Assembly: GCA_045106415.1 (NCBI GenBank) | Contig: JBGCEP010000026.1 | Span: 11,152 to 75,151, forward strand | Reading direction: 5' to 3' | Length of the DNA: 64,000 nucleotides | Source: Oligoflexales bacterium | GTDB lineage: Bacteria; Bdellovibrionota_B; Oligoflexia; Oligoflexales; Bog-1112 | Shown here: positions 36,019 through 45,533 of the stretch, one piece after another | Layout: each line of letters begins with the position of its first letter | Position numbering within the stretch: position 1 is the stretch's first letter | Notes under the pieces: generated by a model | Database searches by the model: none | Told to the model about the DNA's origin: nothing | What the model saw: the letters and a program-made list of their open reading frames with translations, nothing else | Made by a program: the position numbers and the translations under genes

Positions 36019-36106
36019 GTTCTCTCCTTGTTACGTCATAGGCCGAGAGGGCATCTTACTCAGAGCTTGGTCTATCGACAAGGTGAACGTCGCTGTGCCA
36101 CGGGTT

Positions 36107-38986
36107 TTAAAACAGAGAGTCAAATCCTGTGGTGAGGTAAACCTGAAAAGAGTTTCCTAAAACTTGACCCGCGCCAAGGCCAACATTAAAGCGGACACCT
36201 TTGTTTTCAAGCTGGAAATCTAAGTTGTATCCATGAGCAATGGAAAATGTTTCTGAAGAAGGAGTTGGTCCGTACCATGCTCCTCCGTAATTGAGAAATG
36301 CTGAAAAGTCGAGTCTTTCCGCGAATAAAATCCAAAAAACTTTGTTGAAATTTTGAATAACAGGCTGTGTAAAGCGTAACTGTGCTCGAGCTTTTGTATC
36401 ACCATAGCGCAAAGAAAAAAGGCTGCCTGAACCTAGAACAGGGAAACTGTTTTTATTATAGCCACCACCTGTCCCAGGTATAAAAGTTTGTAAAGGGCTA
36501 TAAAGCTCCATAAGATTGCGTCTTTTTGACCCTCTTGTTCTTGACCCTGAGAAAGCCAAGGATAGATGAGAAGATTTGAACATAGGGTAAGAAGCGCTCA
36601 GGGATGAACGAAGTTGATTGTAGTTAAAGTTTTTATTGAGAAAGCCAGGGGTGATGGTTTGCCCAAGGGAAAAAGAAGTTCGTCCTTTACCGAAGCTAGT
36701 GCTTATTGAAACATCTCCTGATGGCTCTATAAGAAGACCCGTGCGATTAGGATTATACGCTCCCACATAAGCTAAAATTTTTGAAGATTTAACAGCAAAG
36801 CTCCATTGTCCTGACATTTTTTTAATGTGATATGAAGAAGCTGTATTCCATTGAAGGCCAAACTCTTGAAGATAGGAAGGTCTTGTGTTGATATAGCCGT
36901 TAAAAAGTTGTCTGTTAAAACCTTGCAGGACCCAACTGGGATGGTGCCGGCGGTTGGTATAAGAAATATCCACTGTAGGAAATTGACTCACTGTACCCAC
37001 GAGTAAAGAGGTGCGTAAAGTGTGGTTCTGGAGTTTGTCAATCCAAGGAACGCCAACAAGTCCTATTTGTAAGCCCCCGAGCGGATCATCTCCGCCAACC
37101 CAAGGAAAGAAAAAAGGCGAGTGGGCATGGTGAGGAGCAGGCTTTGTGAGTCGGTGTGGTGGTAGATGGGTTCCTGATGGAGGAGCTTGTTTTGCTTTAT
37201 TGAGGAGAGTTGGCGGTTGCCATAAGCTTGATTTACTTACAGCATTTTCTAAAGAAAGAAATTGGTTCGAGTTTGTTGCAATAAGATATGGTGATGTATG
37301 TGCTGTATATCTTTGACATGGCCTTTCTGCGGGACGGTATCTATAGATGCTTTGATACTCTCCATCATAAAGTGTTAAAGCCAAATCTCCTTCTTTCATA
37401 CCTTCTATGTGATAGACAAGATCTGCGACAGGGGATTGTGCGAGGCAAAGACCGTGTGTTGAAATTTTTTCAAGATAGCGTCCTGTGCGAAAACTTTTTA
37501 ACATCCATAGAGTATCTCCTGTGCGAGTAAGTTGAAGTGGAGTGGAACCATCAGTGGGTGGGGATAGAAATTCTGATTCAAGGAGGTTTTGATCCCAAAC
37601 CAGTATCTTATGTTGATCTCCAGCTGGTGTTTCTGTAGTGAGTCTTAGCCATACTCGATCTTTATTCTCGGTGCCGAGCCATGCGATTTGCCTGGGATAA
37701 GATTCTTCGATTGGACAAATTTTCTTTTCTGGTTGATGGAGAGATGAGTAGCACAGAGAGGTTTTGTTTATGTTTTTTTCAAGCCAGATCATATAAGACC
37801 CTGTTGAAGTGACGTGTGTTACAAAACCGGGAACTGTGATTATTTTTTCTTCTTCTTTGTTTCTTAAAATAATGTTTGTATTTTTTTTCTGATTATTTTG
37901 ATCTTTTATGACTTCTGTCGAAATAAGAAGATTTGTTGTTGCGATTTGAGGGTTTTCACCTAAGGGGAAAGAAGTGTGCAAAGGCTGACTTTTCACAACC
38001 CAATTTTGTGTTGAGAAATTTAATAAATGAGGTCGAATACTTTCATGATCTCGAAAGAAACCATACAGCTGACCATGAATACTGAAAGTGAGAGGAGCTC
38101 CTGACCATCGAGATCGAGCACCAGGCTGAGTTGTTAATAATGGACCGTGATCGTGGCGAAACCAATAAGATTTCGCTTCTTTTTTATACATTTTGTAGAG
38201 TTGAGGAGCATTTTTTCCTAAAGCCCACTTTAAAGAGGCGTCCATAGGGAGTGCATCCAAACTGGGGATTAGCGTTAAAGGCCAATACCAAGGGAGGGTT
38301 CTGCTATAAAATTTTTCCATAAATTTAGGAAAATCTTTTGCTAAACCTTTTTCTAAAAGCCAAGAAACAAACGCACCTGAGGCAGCATATCCAGCGTAAG
38401 ATGTTTTTGATCTGTATAAACTATGCAGATCATCTAAATGGAACCAGTCATCATGGAGAGCGGAATATCTTTCTATAGCTGCTGTGGCGTCAGAACCAAT
38501 AGATCGACTCATGGCTTCTGCTAAGCCTTCTAGAAACCAAGCTGGCATCCATGGTAAATGCCAAAGAGCCCATGCTTGTCCAAGAGGCTCTGAAAAGTGA
38601 AGATACATCATGGCATGAGTGTATTCGTGCCACATGAGGTCTCTATCCCCTTGTCCCAGTGTTTGAAGTTCTATGGTATCTAAAAGAAAATTGGCAAATG
38701 AGGCGTGAGATGAAACTCCTGACATTACAACAGGGAGCGGAGAACGCCTTTTCATACCAAACCATTGTTCTGCGTAGGGACGTAGGTTGTTTGTTGCGTC
38801 CATTAAAGCTTTGGCTTCAGGTAAACTTTCTGTGTCATGAAAAAATTGAAAATGTTTACTAGCTAGAAGTTGATACTCTCTAGCTCCTTGGTTCGTATAA
38901 AAGCCAATAGGTAAAGATTTAGCTATCGTTGGTAGAATAAGGGCGGTGATGACGAAACCATTCAGTCGCTTGTTCCAACTCTTCAT
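36107..38986 (-). CDS. outer-membrane protein: N-terminal MA-clan (HExxH) peptidase-like domain, long beta-rich middle, C-terminal beta-barrel
   Basis: I prefer the start at M12 (38986), which gives the signal peptide 'MKSWNKRLNGFVITALILPTIAKS'. 'MWHEYTHAMMY...PAWFLEGLAEAMS' fits the Peptidase_MA_2 pattern. The C-terminus 'FQVYLTTGFDSLF' ends in an aromatic residue, as OMP barrels do. Confidence 0.7.
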   Translation of the reverse strand: MKSWNKRLNGFVITALILPTIAKSLPIGFYTNQGAREYQLLASKHFQFFHDTESLPEAKALMDATNNLRPYAEQWFGMKRRSPLPVVMSGVSSHASFANFLLDTIELQTLGQGDRDLMWHEYTHAMMYLHFSEPLGQAWALWHLPWMPAWFLEGLAEAMSRSIGSDATAAIERYSALHDDWFHLDDLHSLYRSKTSYAGYAASGAFVSWLLEKGLAKDFPKFMEKFYSRTLPWYWPLTLIPSLDALPMDASLKWALGKNAPQLYKMYKKEAKSYWFRHDHGPLLTTQPGARSRWSGAPLTFSIHGQLYGFFRDHESIRPHLLNFSTQNWVVKSQPLHTSFPLGENPQIATTNLLISTEVIKDQNNQKKNTNIILRNKEEEKIITVPGFVTHVTSTGSYMIWLEKNINKTSLCYSSLHQPEKKICPIEESYPRQIAWLGTENKDRVWLRLTTETPAGDQHKILVWDQNLLESEFLSPPTDGSTPLQLTRTGDTLWMLKSFRTGRYLEKISTHGLCLAQSPVADLVYHIEGMKEGDLALTLYDGEYQSIYRYRPAERPCQRYTAHTSPYLIATNSNQFLSLENAVSKSSLWQPPTLLNKAKQAPPSGTHLPPHRLTKPAPHHAHSPFFFPWVGGDDPLGGLQIGLVGVPWIDKLQNHTLRTSLLVGTVSQFPTVDISYTNRRHHPSWVLQGFNRQLFNGYINTRPSYLQEFGLQWNTASSYHIKKMSGQWSFAVKSSKILAYVGAYNPNRTGLLIEPSGDVSISTSFGKGRTSFSLGQTITPGFLNKNFNYNQLRSSLSASYPMFKSSHLSLAFSGSRTRGSKRRNLMELYSPLQTFIPGTGGGYNKNSFPVLGSGSLFSLRYGDTKARAQLRFTQPVIQNFNKVFWILFAERLDFSAFLNYGGAWYGPTPSSETFSIAHGYNLDFQLENKGVRFNVGLGAGQVLGNSFQVYLTTGFDSLF

Positions 38987-39659
38987 AAGTATCAATCCCC
39001 ATACTGGGTTGTGATGCATTTACTGTTAACAAGCTTATACCATGATCTAAAGCTCGAAGCTGTTCAAGTCGTTCGATTTTTTCATGTTTGGAAACTGGAA
39101 GGTTGTGAAAGCGCATTAATGTTTCTCTTCTGAAAGCGTAAACACCAATATGCTCTAATGCACTTGAAGCATGATGAGGGATGACGGATCTAGAAAAGTA
39201 CATTGCAAAATCATTTTGATTACGTACGACTTTGACAACATGTGGGCTTTGAATTTTTTTCTCATCTTGTGTTTCATGAACAAGAGTCCCCATTTCACTC
39301 TTAGGGTTTTGCTGCATGGCCTCCATGAGAGATTCCAGATCTTCAGGGTTGATAAAAGGTTCATCCCCTTGAACGTTGAGCACCCAAGGCTCATTTCTTT
39401 GCATGGCTACTTCATGGCAGCGGTCAGTACCACTAGGGTGGTCTGCTCGAGTCATCATCACCGTGACATGATGAGCTTCACATAACTCTTTAATATCACT
39501 TGAGTCTGTTGCAACTACAATATGAGCTTTGGAGAGAAGGGGTTTAAGGTTTTCGTAGACCCGGATAATGAGAGGCTGTCCATCAACAAGGGCTAAAGGT
39601 TTGCTGGGAAGACGTTGAGAGTTAAGTCGAGCAGGTATCACAATAAGCCAATTAGACAA
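38919..39659 (-). CDS. kdsB: 3-deoxy-manno-octulosonate cytidylyltransferase (CMP-Kdo synthetase)
   Basis: 'IVIPARLNSQRLPSKPL' and 'NVQGDEPFI' are present. 246 aa. Confidence 0.9.
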   Translation of the reverse strand: MSNWLIVIPARLNSQRLPSKPLALVDGQPLIIRVYENLKPLLSKAHIVVATDSSDIKELCEAHHVTVMMTRADHPSGTDRCHEVAMQRNEPWVLNVQGDEPFINPEDLESLMEAMQQNPKSEMGTLVHETQDEKKIQSPHVVKVVRNQNDFAMYFSRSVIPHHASSALEHIGVYAFRRETLMRFHNLPVSKHEKIERLEQLRALDHGISLLTVNASQPSMGIDTYEELEQATEWFRHHRPYSTNDS

Positions 39660-39819
39660 TGGAAACTCCTAAGATAACATTGCGTCATTATAATCATCTT
39701 TAGTTTTGTATGCTAGGATATTGAGTTGGACGTATTCTTGTTGTTAGGTCTGAGATGGTTATCGATTTATGATATACAGAGTGCGTTTGTGGCATGTTGC
39801 TTGAAAGAAAGGATTCATC

Positions 39820-41088
39820 GTGACAGAACAAGATCCATATGAGTTTTTTGAAGGTCCTCTTTGTAATTGTCTTGATGATGCTTACCGTTTTTCCTCTCTT
39901 CTTCTTTTGGATACGGCAGCAGGTCAGCAAGTGGTTCAAAAAGCATATCATGAGCTCGGGCATGGGAGTGTTCAAGCTGTTCATGAACATAAAGAAATTT
40001 TAAAGTCTGTATTGAAAGTGTGCTGGAGCTATGCGAAGAAAGAAAAGTCGAAGGATTCCCTTTCTTCACACCAATGGATGAAAGGCTTGACCCAGTTGTC
40101 TCGAGCTAGCCTTATCTGCACAGACTTGCTCGGACTGTCTGTTGATGACTTAAGAGTGCTTACAGGCCACTCTGTCGGCGAAATATCTGAAGAGTTAGGG
40201 CAAGCTCGGAAAGCTTTACTCATTCACGAGCAAGAACCTGGGGAAAACCACTCTGATGATGCGATTGATGTTTTAGCTGATTTAGAAGGCTTGCTTGATG
40301 AAGACGTTGGTCGCACAGAGGCTGAACAAAAATGTGGTTCAGCAGAAGAGTTAGAGGCGTTACTTGAAGATTATCAAGTGGCTCGAGGACGTTTTCAAAT
40401 GAGCCTTCATCCTTTTATGCTTGAAGAAAATGAGAGAGTTTCTATTCAAGAGCTTGTACGAGGGCATGAAAAAAGACTTGAACAAGAATCAGAAGCGATT
40501 GATTCTATTTCTTTGAAGGAAAAGATCTTTTTCTGGGGTGGGCGTTTGGTTGGAGCTTTATTGCTCTGCGGGCTTGCTTATGGTGCATATCAGAAATGGT
40601 TTGTTGAAGAGTTTGAGTTTGACGCAGTGCAAGCATTGGCTTACGAAGCTCTTATGCTCGAAGAGTCTGAAGATATTGATTTTCCTGCAACAAGAACTTC
40701 GGAGGTTGGCGATTATTTTGCAGCAAATCATAGTGTTGACTTCCAAGTGACTCCTTTTCAATATCCTCCTCGAGGCTGGCGAGTCGAAGGAGCGTCTGTC
40801 ATTGACTATGAAATCACTCAGATTGCTGTGACCTGGTTCAAACGAGGGTATGAGCGTTTGTTTCACTTTGTGTTTCCAAGTCGAATCGCTTCTTTGGAGA
40901 ACTCAAAGCTTCAAGAAAGTGAAGGGTTCCATTTTTACTCATATGCATCAGATCAGATTAATTTGATTGTTTGGGAACAAAATGAAGGTGTTTTTGCAAT
41001 GTTAGCTGGGCGAGAAAGTGTCGAGAATCTTATCGCATATGTGACACAAGGCAAAAAAGAAGAAGGGCGTGACGAGATTCAAAAATAA
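39820..41088 (+). CDS. membrane protein with N-terminal ECF-sigma-like (region 2/4-like) segment, acidic linker, one TM and C-terminal extracytoplasmic domain
   Basis: GTG start. 'LSRASLICTDLLGLSVDDLRVLTGHSVGEISEELGQARKAL' resembles a sigma-70 region-4 HTH. The TM segment is 'LVGALLLCGLAYGAY'. The sigma assignment is tentative. Confidence 0.5.
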   Translation: MTEQDPYEFFEGPLCNCLDDAYRFSSLLLLDTAAGQQVVQKAYHELGHGSVQAVHEHKEILKSVLKVCWSYAKKEKSKDSLSSHQWMKGLTQLSRASLICTDLLGLSVDDLRVLTGHSVGEISEELGQARKALLIHEQEPGENHSDDAIDVLADLEGLLDEDVGRTEAEQKCGSAEELEALLEDYQVARGRFQMSLHPFMLEENERVSIQELVRGHEKRLEQESEAIDSISLKEKIFFWGGRLVGALLLCGLAYGAYQKWFVEEFEFDAVQALAYEALMLEESEDIDFPATRTSEVGDYFAANHSVDFQVTPFQYPPRGWRVEGASVIDYEITQIAVTWFKRGYERLFHFVFPSRIASLENSKLQESEGFHFYSYASDQINLIVWEQNEGVFAMLAGRESVENLIAYVTQGKKEEGRDEIQK

Positions 41089-41137
41089 GTATTATTTGAT
41101 TTTGTTTTTGAATCGAACGATTTCCTTTGTTTTTTTG

Positions 41138-41166
41138 TTGACATCATCACCCCAAGGATATAGAAC
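41138..41166 (+). promoter_or_regulatory. candidate sigma-70 promoter for tRNA-Asp
   Basis: TTGACA (41138-41143), a 17-nt spacer, then TAGAAC (41161-41166, 4/6 match to TATAAT). It lies 13 nt before the tRNA 5' end. Confidence 0.4.
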
Positions 41167-41178
41167 TGATCTCAGTGC

Positions 41179-41255
41179 GGGGGAGTAGTTAAGTTGGTTA
41201 TAACGCCGGCTTGTCACGCCGGAGGCCGCGGGTTCAAGTCCCGTCTCTCCCGCCA
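41179..41255 (+). tRNA. tRNA-Asp (anticodon GTC), CCA encoded
   Basis: Hand-folded cloverleaf. Acceptor stem GGGGGAG/CTCTCCC (one G-U), D stem GTTA/TAAC, anticodon stem CCGGC/GCCGG with loop TTGTCAC, and T arm GCGGG-TTCAAGT-CCCGT. Discriminator G plus CCA. It resembles E. coli tRNA-Asp, which I compared from memory. Confidence 0.95.
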
Positions 41256-41699
41256 TTTCTTATCTTTTTATAAAAATCCTGTAAAAAATTTATATTTATG
41301 AAGACCGAAATCGTTAGATTTTTTTATTTGAGCGATATTAGATCACAACTGTGTGAGAACTATTTTTATGATTTTGTGGTTCATGGCCATATTTAGGATA
41401 AAAAATATGTCGCGCCGTGGGCAGTTGCATACCTTTGGATTTGACAGCAGAACACTAAAAATCTAATTGTTTTTGTGCTGATTATGGATATGAATGAACA
41501 GAGTTTCCCAACTTAACGACTGTTGATAGAACAAGCTTTCTTTTAAAAGAAATTATAGTGATTTTAAATCCTTCAATACAATTGATGTAAAAAGTAAAAT
41601 TTAAATAATTTATCACTCAAACTATATTGGAGAACGTTGATTTTCACTTCTTATATATTTATTTTTTTAGATAAATAAAATGATTGAATAGAGTTGATA

Positions 41700-42104
41700 T
41701 TACTTTTCATCAAGAATACGATTTAGCATTCGACCAAGAGTGATAAAATCATCATTTTTTCTATGAATATTGTAACGGCGAAGTTTATTACCAGCTCGAT
41801 ACTCTTGAATTACGTTTTCAACTTCTTCTAAAGGAAGAATGTAGGTTTGAAGTGATTTTTTCCAATTTCGCATTTGTAGCAAAATACTTGTTGTAAAGAT
41901 AAAACCAATGAGCCACTGAAGAGACCATGATCTTTTTTCAAAAATGAGGATGTAATTTTGAATATCCTCTGCTGGGATATGAGCCAGTCCATCGATGAGT
42001 TCAAGCTGATACTTTAATGAAAACATTGCAATCATAAAAAGTATAAATTGAGCTGAGAACATTCGAATCATCATATATTTGATATAGAACCTAAGATTCA
42101 TCAT
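41700..42104 (-). CDS. small membrane protein: two TM segments plus a HAMP-like domain and nothing else
   Basis: AGGAG lies 4 nt before the ATG and directly after the ktrA stop. 'PLEEVENVIQEYRAGNKLRRYNIHRKNDDFITLGRMLNRILDE' fits the HAMP pattern. The ORF stops after 134 aa. Confidence 0.65.
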   Translation of the reverse strand: MMNLRFYIKYMMIRMFSAQFILFMIAMFSLKYQLELIDGLAHIPAEDIQNYILIFEKRSWSLQWLIGFIFTTSILLQMRNWKKSLQTYILPLEEVENVIQEYRAGNKLRRYNIHRKNDDFITLGRMLNRILDEK

Positions 42105-42112
42105 AGACTCCT

Positions 42113-42793
42113 TTATGATGGTGATGAGCTTGGATCAATTTCTTGTAACATTTTTTGTACAGCTCCTCTTTGTGCTGCTGCGATAAGGACATCTCCTGGG
42201 TGGATCTCATCTTCAGGCCCAGGTTTTTGGATTTTTCCTGTTGCTCCTTCTCGGACTGCAACGAGTGTGATGCTATGTTTTCTTTGGATATCAAGCTCTT
42301 TTAATTTTTTATTATGCATAATTGTGGGAGCTTCAAATTCTGAAATAGCAATATCAGAGTCGAGTAACATTTCTCCTAATATGTTTTCACTTAAAATGCG
42401 TGGAGCATAGCGCTCACCAAAATCCCATTCTGGATTGACAATTTCATCAGCACCAACAAGGCGAAGAATTCGAGCGTGGAGATCATCATTTGCTCTTGAA
42501 ATAATTCGTTTAGCACCCATTTGACGGAGGAGGGCAGTACAGATAATACCAACCTCTTTGGATTGATCGCCTGTTGCACAAACGCAAACGTCTCGTTTAT
42601 TGGGTTGAAGTCCAGCCATAGCTTCTTCATCTGTTGCATCTAAGCAAAGGGCTTCTGAAACCCAGGAAGATGCAAGTTGTACACGCTTGTCATCGGAGTC
42701 GACAGCTATCATTTCAACACCCATTTGACTTAATGCTCTGATAAGTCCCATACCAAATTGCCCTAAACCAATAATTACAACTTGCATTGCCAT
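42113..42793 (-). CDS. ktrA: K+ uptake regulatory subunit KtrA/TrkA-type (RCK: TrkA-N plus TrkA-C)
   Basis: 'VVIIGLGQFGMGLIRAL' is a Rossmann GxGxxG motif. 226 aa, with a C-terminal TrkA-C-like segment. Confidence 0.85.
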   Translation of the reverse strand: MAMQVVIIGLGQFGMGLIRALSQMGVEMIAVDSDDKRVQLASSWVSEALCLDATDEEAMAGLQPNKRDVCVCATGDQSKEVGIICTALLRQMGAKRIISRANDDLHARILRLVGADEIVNPEWDFGERYAPRILSENILGEMLLDSDIAISEFEAPTIMHNKKLKELDIQRKHSITLVAVREGATGKIQKPGPEDEIHPGDVLIAAAQRGAVQKMLQEIDPSSSPS

Positions 42794-42804
42794 GTGTAAA
42801 TCCT

Positions 42805-44730
42805 TTAAGAAATATCGATCTCTTCACGAGGGTAGCGCCAACGTTCTTCGCGCCCATGTTGCACTAAAAATAACATGAATGTAAGAGGTCCAACTCTACC
42901 TGCTAACATGCATCCACAGATAATAACTCGGCCTATCTCATTAAGATTTTCTGAAAGACCGAGTGATAACCCCACTGTGCTAAGGGCTGAAACAACTTCA
43001 AATAGAGCGAGTTGTGCTGTTGTTTCTTGAGACAGCATGATTAAAATAAATGAAAAAACAACCATGAACAATCCAAGAAGAAAAACAGTCATCGCTTTTA
43101 AAACGGCCTCTGGAGGAATCAGTCTTCCATGTAAAATAACACGTTTTCGACCCTGGAGAGTATTGAGAACGACACAAAAAAGAACGGCGAATGTTGTTGT
43201 TTTAATTCCTCCAGCGGTTCCCCCAGGGTTTCCTCCTATGAACATCATAAAAATTGATAGACCTTGGCTTAAAGAAGACATTTCTTCAAATGGAATACTA
43301 TAAAATCCAGCTGTACGCAGTGTTACAGATTGAAACCAAGCGTTGAGAATTTGCTGTTGAAGTGGAAGATGTGATAATGCGCCAAATTTTTCTATGAAGA
43401 AAAAGAATAAGAAAGAAAGAAGTAATAAGCTAAATGTTGTGTATAAGATCATGCGATCTGTGAGGTCTAAGCGATTATTTTTTATTTTAGATGGCATTTT
43501 TAAAACAATAAGAGGAGAGCACCCTCCAGCAATAATTAAAAAACTAACGGTATTGAGGACAAGTGGGTTATCTTGAAAATTCATCATACTGGTATTTTGC
43601 AAAGTAAAACCCGCATTGCAAAAAGATGATATAGCTAAAAATAATGCTTTCCAACAAGACTCTATTACTGATAAATTTTGGGAATAATAATGACCTGTAA
43701 GAATAAAAAATCCTATCAACTCTACTGTAAAAACATAAAGGGTTATTTTTTTTAAGATGTCGATCACACTATCGCTCCCTTGCGAAGTGGATATTTGTTT
43801 TAATGTTTTTTCATGCTCAATACTCAAACGATGTGATTGAAAAATAAGAACTGTCCACGCCGATAAAGAAATAACACCAAGTCCACCCAGTTGAATTAAA
43901 ATAAGAATAAAAAATTGACCTATAAAAGAGTAAGATTCACTTATATCTAAAACATTAAGTCCTGTAACACTAACTGCACTGATCGATGTAAATAGATGGT
44001 GCGTCCAGTCATGTGTCTGAGTTGAAGTATGAAAAATAGGAATTTGAAGGACAGCTGCTCCTAGAAACCCTAAAATTGTGAAATATCCAACGATAATGAC
44101 GGAAGGATTTTTAAATTTAAAATATGAAAAATCATTTTTCCATAACGAACGATAGAACCATATTTCATAGATAAAAATGAGAAATAAAATATTTAAATAA
44201 ATCAAAGTGTTTAAATTATTCTGATAAGAGAATAAAAAAGTTAGAAAACTAGTGAAAGATAGTAGAGAGTATTTGATAGCGCTATGATTCGAGTTATGAA
44301 TATAGCTGGATAAAGTTAAAAGACAAATTATATTTTTAATATAGTTTGAATGAATTGTTGAAGACCATAAAATGATAAGTATAACAAAAAGAGAGATAGC
44401 TGAAGTTAAATTTAAGATAAAATTACTAGACTGTGATTTTTTTGCTTGCGGGAAGGTAGAAAAATATGGCGTGCATATAGAAGCAAGGAAAAAAAGAGTT
44501 GTTGATAAAGGAAATAGGTGAGTTGTCATCAGGATAAATGACCAAACTAAAAATAGAGGAAGTGTATTTATGTACCTATTTATTTTTTTAAAAGCAAAGC
44601 ATAAAATGCTAATAATAGATGCTAATGCAAGGATGTGAGCGTTTTTAGAAAATTCTTCTGCCTGAGGTTCTAAGAGAAAAGGAGCGATGAGTAACCAAGG
44701 CAGGAGATATATTTTGTAGATCATGTTCAA
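42805..44730 (-). CDS. Trk/Ktr-family K+ transporter membrane subunit with ~200-aa extra N-terminal polytopic region
   Basis: 'GGNPGGTAGGIKTTTF', 'SVTGLNV', 'CNAGFT' and 'LSTVGLS' are the four selectivity-filter-like glycine motifs. 641 aa against roughly 450-480 typical. Confidence 0.85.
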   Translation of the reverse strand: MNMIYKIYLLPWLLIAPFLLEPQAEEFSKNAHILALASIISILCFAFKKINRYINTLPLFLVWSFILMTTHLFPLSTTLFFLASICTPYFSTFPQAKKSQSSNFILNLTSAISLFVILIILWSSTIHSNYIKNIICLLTLSSYIHNSNHSAIKYSLLSFTSFLTFLFSYQNNLNTLIYLNILFLIFIYEIWFYRSLWKNDFSYFKFKNPSVIIVGYFTILGFLGAAVLQIPIFHTSTQTHDWTHHLFTSISAVSVTGLNVLDISESYSFIGQFFILILIQLGGLGVISLSAWTVLIFQSHRLSIEHEKTLKQISTSQGSDSVIDILKKITLYVFTVELIGFFILTGHYYSQNLSVIESCWKALFLAISSFCNAGFTLQNTSMMNFQDNPLVLNTVSFLIIAGGCSPLIVLKMPSKIKNNRLDLTDRMILYTTFSLLLLSFLFFFFIEKFGALSHLPLQQQILNAWFQSVTLRTAGFYSIPFEEMSSLSQGLSIFMMFIGGNPGGTAGGIKTTTFAVLFCVVLNTLQGRKRVILHGRLIPPEAVLKAMTVFLLGLFMVVFSFILIMLSQETTAQLALFEVVSALSTVGLSLGLSENLNEIGRVIICGCMLAGRVGPLTFMLFLVQHGREERWRYPREEIDIS

Positions 44731-44879
44731 CGCAAACTCCTGTAATCCTGCTCTGTAGGAGAATGTTATCTTTATTATGGAAAAATCGCTACTTTTAGAG
44801 TGATTGGCATTTTAGATGGTGTGATGTATATATAATTGTATTTATTCAATAAAACATTTTTATTTTAAATAAATGAAAA

Positions 44880-45533
44880 TCATTCATCGTGAATTTTATA
44901 GAAAAAAGATTCATCAGAGTATTTTTGTTTTTCGATTTTACCTTGTGAAGTCACTAACTCAATTTTTCGAACGATATCGCGGATGCGTAATAGAGATTTT
45001 TTAAGACGTGCGCACTTAGGAGACTGAAGATCTTCAGGCTTTTCTGGAATAGATCCTAGAGCTATTGTCAAAGGATTGTTGATTTCATGGTTATAAGTGA
45101 CAACCATTGTGTGCACAGCTGAAAGTTCTGCAGACTTTAAGTTTTTTTGATTTAAATAAATCATATTTAGTTGTGTCGATATTCGAGCTGCTGCAACAAA
45201 AGAATTTACAGGTTTTGTAAGATAATCATTAGCACCAATGTTTAACGCTTCAATGATATCTTCATTTTTATCTTTTGAAGTGATCATAATAACCGGTAAG
45301 TCGATTGGATCAAAATCTTCTCTGATATCTTTTAAAATTGTAAGACCTGATGTATTGGGGAAGATGACATCAAGTAAAATGATGCTGTATTCACCTGAGA
45401 GAATGTGTTCTCTTGTTTGAGATTCGTCTGTCTCTAAGGTGATATCAAAACCCTGGTTCTTAAGTTTTTCACATAAAAGTTGAGAACCAATAGGATCGTC
45501 ATCAACAAGAAGAATTTTTCGCTTATTTGTCAT
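44880..45533 (-). CDS. receiver domain fused to a HisKA-type DHp helix pair, no ATPase domain
   Basis: 'ILLVDDDPIG', 'IILLDVIFPNTSG', 'MITSK' and 'LTKPV' define the receiver. The H-box follows as 'TYNHEINNPLTIALG'. The ORF ends ~60 aa later. 217 aa. Confidence 0.75.
   Translation of the reverse strand: MTNKRKILLVDDDPIGSQLLCEKLKNQGFDITLETDESQTREHILSGEYSIILLDVIFPNTSGLTILKDIREDFDPIDLPVIMITSKDKNEDIIEALNIGANDYLTKPVNSFVAAARISTQLNMIYLNQKNLKSAELSAVHTMVVTYNHEINNPLTIALGSIPEKPEDLQSPKCARLKKSLLRIRDIVRKIELVTSQGKIEKQKYSDESFFYKIHDE

Noticed and set aside
39700-40223. Minus-strand ORFs 39700-39990, 39815-40069 and 40029-40223.
   Set aside because: They overlap the divergent promoter region and the better-supported plus-strand 422-aa ORF. 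They have odd compositions and no SD.
41256-41699. Genomic island or prophage integrated at tRNA-Asp, suggested by the 440-bp AT-rich non-coding stretch right after the tRNA.
   Set aside because: There is no integrase, no phage or conjugation genes, and I could not find a direct repeat of the tRNA 3' end downstream. The following genes are ordinary ktr/signalling genes. At most it is an old scar.
44731-44879. c-di-AMP (ydaO-type) riboswitch upstream of the K+ transporter genes.
   Set aside because: I read both strands and see only a short CTCCT/AGGAG hairpin near the RBS. None of the extended conserved pseudo-symmetric helices and motifs expected for that riboswitch are present. A covariance-model scan (Rfam RF00379) would be decisive.
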